A stretch of DNA of 64,000 bases, taken from positions 32,001 through 96,000 of the forward strand of contig OZ255842.1 in the NCBI GenBank assembly GCA_965277805.1, written 5' to 3'. Source of the stretch: Candidatus Lustribacter sp. (lineage in GTDB: Bacteria; Vulcanimicrobiota; Vulcanimicrobiia; Vulcanimicrobiales; Vulcanimicrobiaceae). The notes below the pieces were generated by a model. That model was not told where the DNA came from. It worked only from the letters and a program-made list of their open reading frames with translations, and ran no database searches. How positions within the stretch are numbered: position 1 is the stretch's first letter; each line of letters begins with the position of its first letter. A program made the position numbers and the translations under genes. Below, in pieces: positions 58,196 through 64,000 of the stretch.

Positions 58196-60105
58196 AACGA
58201 GAGCGAGGTTTGGAGGAAGACGCCTTGCCCGATGTCGTGCGTGAGATAACATCCGGGGCAGCTGGCGGTTCCCACCGGTAACGTCGTTCCCGGTATCAGG
58301 TCGTAGGCGTTGTAGATCAGGCCGATGCGTCCGAACTGGCTGAACCAGTATTGCGCGCCGACGTAGCCGATGCGATAACCGTTGGGGTCGCCGAGGAACT
58401 GGTTCTCATAGTTCGTGCCGTTGACGATTGCGGTATGCATGCCGGTTGAGTTGAAGCCGGCTTGGATAAAGCCGCCTTCCAGATACGCGCCGCCCGGATG
58501 GGCGTTGTAGGCGCCGAACTTTCCCTGCACCCACAGCGCTTGGGCTTGCGTCCACGCGGTGTGAGTGAACGGATCGTTGCCGAAGCGCGTCGAGCCCTCC
58601 ACTTCCAGCGAGAGTCCGAGGTTCTTGCCGAACATGTTGGGATCGGCGTAGCGTGCGAACACCGAACCGACCGGCACGTTGGTGACGACGTTCTGGTAGA
58701 GACCGTTCGGGTTGCACGGAACCCCGGGCGCGCAGGCGGCGGCAACGGCCGCGGGCGTGCACGTTGCCGTGCCGGTGTAGCACACCGACGGGTTCCACGA
58801 AGCGAGCACGGCGTCGTTGTCATCGACGAACGCGACGCCGGCCATCAGCTGCTTGGTGAATTGGTACTGGATCGTTCCGAGGAACGTTTGCGAGGTGACG
58901 CCGCACGGGAGCGCGCCCTTCGGCGGCGCCGGTGTTCCGCCCACAACGGGCGCCGTGTTGACCGGCGTGCACGTGTTGGCGATAAAGCCCGCGGCGGGCG
59001 CGGTGGTGGTGTTGCCGCTGACACTCAGCACGGCCTGGTTTTCCGCCGGGAAATCGAAGAAGTAACCGCCGCGGATATTGAGCGGTCCTTTCACGTAACC
59101 GATCTCCGCGCCGTTGAACTGATCGGCCCACGCCAGGCCGAGCGAGCCGTCGGTTTCGTTGATGCGGCCGGCTTCGGCGAGGAAGCCGGAGTCGGGATCC
59201 TGGTACTGCATGTAGCCGTAGTTGAAACGCACGCCGGTGTTGCGCGGATAGGTGCCGCCGACGAAGTTCGGCGAGCTGAGCGCAACGCCGCCGGCCGTCG
59301 AGTTACCGTTCAGTGAGCCGGCTTGGAACGCATCCGAAGCATCCCAGTTGTAGACGTTCTCCACACGGACGTGATACGAGGTCTTTTTGTCGAGGTTGCC
59401 GTCGAGCAGCAGGCGCAACAGCTGATAGCCGTAGCCTTCGCTGTTTTGGCCGGTGAGCCAGCGGTCCGCGCTGGCGTTGCCGCCTGCACCGACGCGCGTT
59501 TGCCCCCCGACGGAGGCCAGACCGACGTTGGCCGGCAAAGCGCGGCCGTCGCCGTTGAACGCCGCCACTTGGTCGTTGAAGTTTCCGGCGCGAATTTGCT
59601 CGACGAGACCGACCTTGGCGCGGGCCATCGTGGTTTCATCGGCGGCTTGTTTCGATTCGACCGACTTCAGACGCGTGTCGATGTCGCTGACGCGAAGCTT
59701 CAGCGCGTCGATATCGCCGCGGAACTCATCGAGCAGCGCGCGCAGCGCGTCGATGTCCTTTTGCGTGACCTCGGGCGCCGTTTGCGGACTAGCGAGCTTC
59801 TTCGTTAGATATTGCACGGCTCGTTCGACTATGACCGCCGCTTCGTAACGCGTCATCGGCCGGTTGCCTTTGAACGTGCCATCGGGATATCCGACGATGA
59901 TTCCGTCGTTGACGAGGTCGAGGATCGACTGATAGGCCCAGCCATCGGTCGGAAGATCTTTTAACGCATCGATTTGCGCTTGCGCGTCGATCACGTCGCC
60001 CGTCATTCCCGGAACGGGAGGCGGGGCATCGGCCGATTGTGCGACGAGCGGAAATCCTGTAATGGTGAGCGCAACAAAAAGCGCTCCCAGACGCCGGAAC
60101 GGCAT
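58192..60105 (-). CDS. SLH domain + coiled-coil stalk + beta-barrel porin (OmpM-like)
   Basis: WAYQSI..GIIVGYPDGTFKGNRPMTRYEAA; coiled coil; C-terminal FLQTSLSF. Confidence 0.88.
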   Translation of the reverse strand: MPFRRLGALFVALTITGFPLVAQSADAPPPVPGMTGDVIDAQAQIDALKDLPTDGWAYQSILDLVNDGIIVGYPDGTFKGNRPMTRYEAAVIVERAVQYLTKKLASPQTAPEVTQKDIDALRALLDEFRGDIDALKLRVSDIDTRLKSVESKQAADETTMARAKVGLVEQIRAGNFNDQVAAFNGDGRALPANVGLASVGGQTRVGAGGNASADRWLTGQNSEGYGYQLLRLLLDGNLDKKTSYHVRVENVYNWDASDAFQAGSLNGNSTAGGVALSSPNFVGGTYPRNTGVRFNYGYMQYQDPDSGFLAEAGRINETDGSLGLAWADQFNGAEIGYVKGPLNIRGGYFFDFPAENQAVLSVSGNTTTAPAAGFIANTCTPVNTAPVVGGTPAPPKGALPCGVTSQTFLGTIQYQFTKQLMAGVAFVDDNDAVLASWNPSVCYTGTATCTPAAVAAACAPGVPCNPNGLYQNVVTNVPVGSVFARYADPNMFGKNLGLSLEVEGSTRFGNDPFTHTAWTQAQALWVQGKFGAYNAHPGGAYLEGGFIQAGFNSTGMHTAIVNGTNYENQFLGDPNGYRIGYVGAQYWFSQFGRIGLIYNAYDLIPGTTLPVGTASCPGCYLTHDIGQGVFLQTSLSF

Positions 60106-60284
60106 CGGAGTAGTCCTTTCTCTCTTATAACGCGCGCCGGCGGATCCGGCATGCTCCGGTTGCTAGAGTAGCGCCGGAAGATTAACGGCGTTTTGAGATG
60201 CGCTTAACCAGCGCTTATGCGCACGCGTTCACAGAATCTGGGCGGCGCGAAAAATATTTTGCGCACCATAATGATGACCGCGTC

Positions 60285-61082
60285 TTAAGGTTCGCGCGAA
60301 AAGATCCCGATGATCCGCGCGGTGCCCGCGATTGCGCCGAGCGCCGCGTCGAGGCGCGCGCGATCGACGTCGCCGATCTCGAAGAAGAAGCGATAGTGGA
60401 ACGGATCGACGTGATTCGGCCGCGCCACGAGCGAACGCAAATCGAGTCCGCGATCGGCGAACGCGGAAAGCGCATCGCGCAGCGTGCCGGGCCGGTTCAC
60501 GACTTCGATGGCGACGCAACCGAGCGTGCCGTGCGACTGCGGTTCGCGCGTAAGCAAGTAGAAGCGCGTGAAGTTGCGCGGATCGTCTTGGATCGCCGTG
60601 CGCAGCACCTTCGCGCCGTACAGTTCCGCCGCGAGCGCCGGACCGATCGCCGCGATCGCTGGGTCACCGAGCGCCACGATCTCGGCCACCGCGCCGGCCG
60701 TATCAGCCACCGCAACGCGCTTCCAGGCCGGATGTTGGCCGGCGAAACGGTGGATCTGTTCGAGCGCAACCGGGTGCGAGCGGATCTCGCGGATGTTCGC
60801 TTCGACGGCGTCGCGCGTGCCGATCAGGTTCATCTCGACCGGAAACGCCGTTTCCGCGATCGCGTGCAGCTTGCCGTACTCCCACAACAGGTCGTACGAC
60901 CGCGGAATCGAGCCGGCGATCGAGTTCTCCACCGGCAGCAGTGCGGCGTCGATCTCACCACCGTCGACCGCCGCCACGAGCAGATCGAAGGAAAGATAGC
61001 CGCGCGTCTGCGCGCCGGGGCGCAAGCGCCGCGCCGCCGCGTCGCTGAACGCGCCGGCCTCACCCTGAAAGCCGATGATCAT
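60285..61082 (-). CDS. pheA: Prephenate dehydratase
   Basis: QGEAGAFS; LPVENSIAG; SHPVALEQ; NFTRF; ACT domain. Confidence 0.95.
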   Translation of the reverse strand: MIIGFQGEAGAFSDAAARRLRPGAQTRGYLSFDLLVAAVDGGEIDAALLPVENSIAGSIPRSYDLLWEYGKLHAIAETAFPVEMNLIGTRDAVEANIREIRSHPVALEQIHRFAGQHPAWKRVAVADTAGAVAEIVALGDPAIAAIGPALAAELYGAKVLRTAIQDDPRNFTRFYLLTREPQSHGTLGCVAIEVVNRPGTLRDALSAFADRGLDLRSLVARPNHVDPFHYRFFFEIGDVDRARLDAALGAIAGTARIIGIFSREP

Positions 61083-61795
61083 TTCGTGAGATCGCCGATC
61101 TCGCTGCGTGCGTCGGGCACGCGCGGATCGTTCGGCGCGGCGTTGATGAACTTCTGAAAGGCGGCGGCCGCATCGGTGCGCCTGCCGATCGCGACCAGCA
61201 CGACCGCGCGGTTGTAGAGCGCCGGCACGAACGCGGGCCGCTTCGCCAGCACGGTCTCGAGCTGCGCGAGCGCCTCGAGATCGTGACCGGTTTGGTGCAG
61301 CGCGGTCGCGTAGTCGGTGCGCACGTCGGGGTTACCCGGATCGAGTGCGAGCGCGCGCTTGTCGTACGCGATCGCCTGATCGAACTTGCTCGCATCGAAA
61401 TACATGTCGGCCAGCGCGACGAGCGCCGCAAGGTCGTTGGGATTGGCTTTCAAGCGTGCGCGCATCGTCGTCAGCTCTTGCATCACCGGCGCCGGCGGGC
61501 CCCCGCCTCCGACGGTGTTGCCGGGCAGGGCTGAGGTCTGCGCGATCGGCCCGGTACCGGTCTGCGGAACCGTAAACGTGCCGGGGGCATCGGTCACCAT
61601 GCTGGCCGGAGCGGCCGTAGCCTGGATGCGCGCATCGCCTTGTTCGGCGGGCGCACCGTAGCCGAGCGCCGTGCCGCCCTCGCCGAATCCCACCTTCACC
61701 AGATATCCCATGATGGCGATGAACACGACGGCGACGACGGTGAGAATCGGGAGCGCGATGCGCAGAGGAAGACCCATCTCGCCGGAGAGTTGCAT
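61079..61795 (-). CDS. Membrane-anchored TPR protein
   Basis: N-terminal TM; NPNDLAALVALA..AIAYDKRALALDP TPRs. Confidence 0.85.
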   Translation of the reverse strand: MQLSGEMGLPLRIALPILTVVAVVFIAIMGYLVKVGFGEGGTALGYGAPAEQGDARIQATAAPASMVTDAPGTFTVPQTGTGPIAQTSALPGNTVGGGGPPAPVMQELTTMRARLKANPNDLAALVALADMYFDASKFDQAIAYDKRALALDPGNPDVRTDYATALHQTGHDLEALAQLETVLAKRPAFVPALYNRAVVLVAIGRRTDAAAAFQKFINAAPNDPRVPDARSEIGDLTK

Positions 61796-61817
61796 TTGTG
61801 CCTCGAATCCTCATGCC

Positions 61818-62336
61818 GTGGGACCCGAACTACCCGACGTCGCCGAATTGCAGCTCCTCTTTGCACAGTTCAATTTCATGCACTTTGACGGCGAAATCCC
61901 AGCCTTCCGGATTGCCTACAACGCGCGTTTCTCGAACGTCGCCGGACGCATTAGCTACAAGCCGCCGCTGATCGAGCTCTCGCCCAAGCACCTGCGGAAC
62001 AAGCCCGAGGAATTACGTCAAACGCTCCTGCATGAAATGATCCACGCCTGGCTGCACGCGCGCGGCGAGAACTCGAACCACACGCCCAAGTTCAAGCGCA
62101 AGATGCGCGAGCTCGGCTTGACGTCGATCTACCACGATCTCGGCACTGCCGCGCCGTTGAACCCCTCGGTCAAACGCTACGTGCTGCGCTGCGAGAAGTG
62201 CGGGATGGAACTCTTGCGCCGCCGCAAACCGCCGGCCAATCTGCTCTGCGCGCGCGACCGCAAGGAACTCAAAGTCTTCGAGATCGTCGAGATGCGCGAA
62301 GTCGAACCCGCCAAGGCGGCAAACCGGAGCCGCTAA
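61818..62336 (+). CDS. SprT-like metalloprotease
   Basis: TLLHEMIH; H..F; YVLRCEKC zinc ribbon. Confidence 0.9.
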   Translation: MGPELPDVAELQLLFAQFNFMHFDGEIPAFRIAYNARFSNVAGRISYKPPLIELSPKHLRNKPEELRQTLLHEMIHAWLHARGENSNHTPKFKRKMRELGLTSIYHDLGTAAPLNPSVKRYVLRCEKCGMELLRRRKPPANLLCARDRKELKVFEIVEMREVEPAKAANRSR

Positions 62337-62342
62337 ACCTCG

Positions 62343-62370
62343 GTCATCCCGAGCTTGTCGAGGGACCGCC
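62343..62370 (-). repeat. REP-like intergenic repeat, copy 2
   Basis: GTCATCCCGAGCTTGTCGAGGGACCGCC. Confidence 0.88.
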
Positions 62371-62383
62371 ACGATCGGGTTGT

Positions 62384-63025
62384 TTACAAATAACCGCGCC
62401 GCATCGCGTTGACCGCGGCCTGCGTGCGGTCGGCGGCGGAGAGCTTCTCGAGGATGTCGCGGATGTGCCCTTTGACCGTGCCGAGCCCGATGTGCAGGCG
62501 TTCGGCGATCTCGGTGTTGCCGATACCGTCGGCGATCAGCCGCAGCACGTCGAGCTCGCGCGGGGTAAGCGGGGAATCGCTGCTGCGCTGCTGCGGGGGC
62601 GCTCCGAGGCGGCGCAGCACGACGTGCGCGATGCGCGGATCGAAGTACGCGCCGCCGCCGGCGACGATGCGCACGGCATCGATCACGGTCGAGGCGTCCG
62701 ACGACTTAACGCAATAGGCGTCCGCGCCGGCCGAGAGCGCCGCCAGCACTTCGTCGTCGAGTTCGTGCATCGTTAGGATGACGACGTGCAGGTCCGGCAT
62801 CTCGGTCTTGATTGCGCGCGTCAGCGCGACGCCGTCGCGGCCGGGTAAGCCGATGTCGACGATCGCCACGGCCGGACGCTCGCGCAGGATCACGGCTTCC
62901 GCGCTGATGCCGTCGCTCGCTTCGGCCACGACGCGAACGTCGCCGCTCGCCTCGAGCGCCGTGCGCAGTCCGGTGCGGGTGAGGGCGTGGTCTTCGACCA
63001 GGACAACGGAAATCGGTTCGTTCAT
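62384..63025 (-). CDS. NarL/LuxR family response regulator
   Basis: VEDH, VDIGLP, LTPRELDVL..GTVKGH. Confidence 0.95.
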   Translation of the reverse strand: MNEPISVVLVEDHALTRTGLRTALEASGDVRVVAEASDGISAEAVILRERPAVAIVDIGLPGRDGVALTRAIKTEMPDLHVVILTMHELDDEVLAALSAGADAYCVKSSDASTVIDAVRIVAGGGAYFDPRIAHVVLRRLGAPPQQRSSDSPLTPRELDVLRLIADGIGNTEIAERLHIGLGTVKGHIRDILEKLSAADRTQAAVNAMRRGYL

Positions 63026-63999
63026 GCAGATGCCACCGCCGGGAGGCGCAGCGTGAAGATGCTGCCTTGCGGCACGTTCGGCTCGTAGCCGACACTCCCG
63101 CCCGATTCTTCCGCGACGCGGCGCACGATGTAGAGCCCCAGACCGGACCCGCCGCCGCGCCGGTCGTCCCCGCGCGCGAAGCGCGTGAAGAGGTGCGAGC
63201 GCACTTTTTCCGACACGCCGAAGCCGTCGTCGGTGATGCGCACGATCGCGGTGTTGCCGGAACGTTCGACCGCGACCGCCACGTGGCCGTCGGCCGGTGT
63301 GTATTCGAGCGCGTTGGCCACGAGATTCGTGATCGCGCGCCGGATATCGCCCCGATCGCCGACGGTTTGCACCGCCGCGCCTGGTTCGACGGCGATCGAC
63401 AGTGCAACATGACGGGTGGCGGCCAACGCTTCCAGTTCGCCCGCGATCTGACGCGCGATCTCGCCGAGGTCGATGGTGTCGCGCTCGGGGCGCCGGTCGC
63501 CGCTCTCGAAGCGTGCGACCAGCAACAGCGTTTCGGCTAAGCGCTGCACGTCGTCGGTGGCGATCACACTGCGCTCGACGATCTCGCGGTAGCGTTCGGG
63601 AAGCTCGCCGTATGCGCCGGCCTGTGCTTGCCGCAGCGTCATCCCGAGCGCGGCGAGCGGCGTGCGCAGATCGTGCGAGAGCGCGTACACCAAATCTCGA
63701 ATGATGCCGCTGCGCTCTTCGAGCGCGGCGTTGCGTTCGGCGAGCTGTTCGAAGAGCCGCGCTTGTGCGAGCGCACCGGCCGATTGCTGCGCGTACGCGC
63801 GGGCGACGCCGCGCAACTGCTCGAGTTCCTCGTGGTCGCTCGTCACGAGCAGTACGCCGAAGCGGCGTTCGCGATCTGCGATCGGTATTGCCAGCATCGC
63901 TGCAGCCCCGAAGGTGTCGAGGATCATGCGCCCAAGCGGATCGGTGCGGGCGACGGCGATCGTGTCGCCGTCGTCGGCGGCGCGCTGTACGAGCGAGAT
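63022..63999 (-). CDS. GAF-containing sensor histidine kinase (5'-truncated by window)
   Basis: SHDLRTPL, NLVANA, DDGFG, GSGLGL; frame open to window end. Confidence 0.93.
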   Translation of the reverse strand: MSLVQRAADDGDTIAVARTDPLGRMILDTFGAAAMLAIPIADRERRFGVLLVTSDHEELEQLRGVARAYAQQSAGALAQARLFEQLAERNAALEERSGIIRDLVYALSHDLRTPLAALGMTLRQAQAGAYGELPERYREIVERSVIATDDVQRLAETLLLVARFESGDRRPERDTIDLGEIARQIAGELEALAATRHVALSIAVEPGAAVQTVGDRGDIRRAITNLVANALEYTPADGHVAVAVERSGNTAIVRITDDGFGVSEKVRSHLFTRFARGDDRRGGGSGLGLYIVRRVAEESGGSVGYEPNVPQGSIFTLRLPAVASA

Positions 64000-64000
64000 C

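Noticed and set aside
60245-60280. Fur-like box upstream of the SLH porin
   Set aside because: Only a half match (CATAATGAT) beside an AT-rich palindrome; cannot be assigned

Overview
High-GC bacterial window, most consistent with a diderm Terrabacteria lineage such as Eremiobacterota/Vulcanimicrobiota. This is an inference from an SLH-stalk-barrel porin, a copper-amine-oxidase-N/barrel protein, TolC and a DnaK lacking the Proteobacterial insert. The left ~33 kb is accessory-type DNA: five MmyB-like XRE regulators, hsp20-dnaK, a methyltransferase/TetR/hydrolase-glycosyltransferase module, a BNR propeller plus MoaD-like pair, an arylsulfotransferase/ABC/2OG-oxygenase cassette, detox hydrolases, a PP2C phosphatase, a globin, an IorBA-cytochrome c molybdoenzyme and GH15, ending at a SnoaL pseudogene. 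The right ~31 kb looks more core-like (folD, tldD/pmbA, pheA, ndh, envelope and transport genes). Strongest unexplained signals: (1) a recurrent (T/C)TACTC-N21/22-(-10) promoter architecture in three divergent pairs, suggesting an island-wide regulon; (2) a 5.7-kb integrase-less cassette bounded by a 42-bp duplication of the moaD-like 3' end; (3) an XRE gene in frame with a globin across a single TAG; (4) an unannotated 31-aa membrane ORF and a probable CTG start. No rRNA, tRNA, CRISPR array, transposase or integrase was seen.
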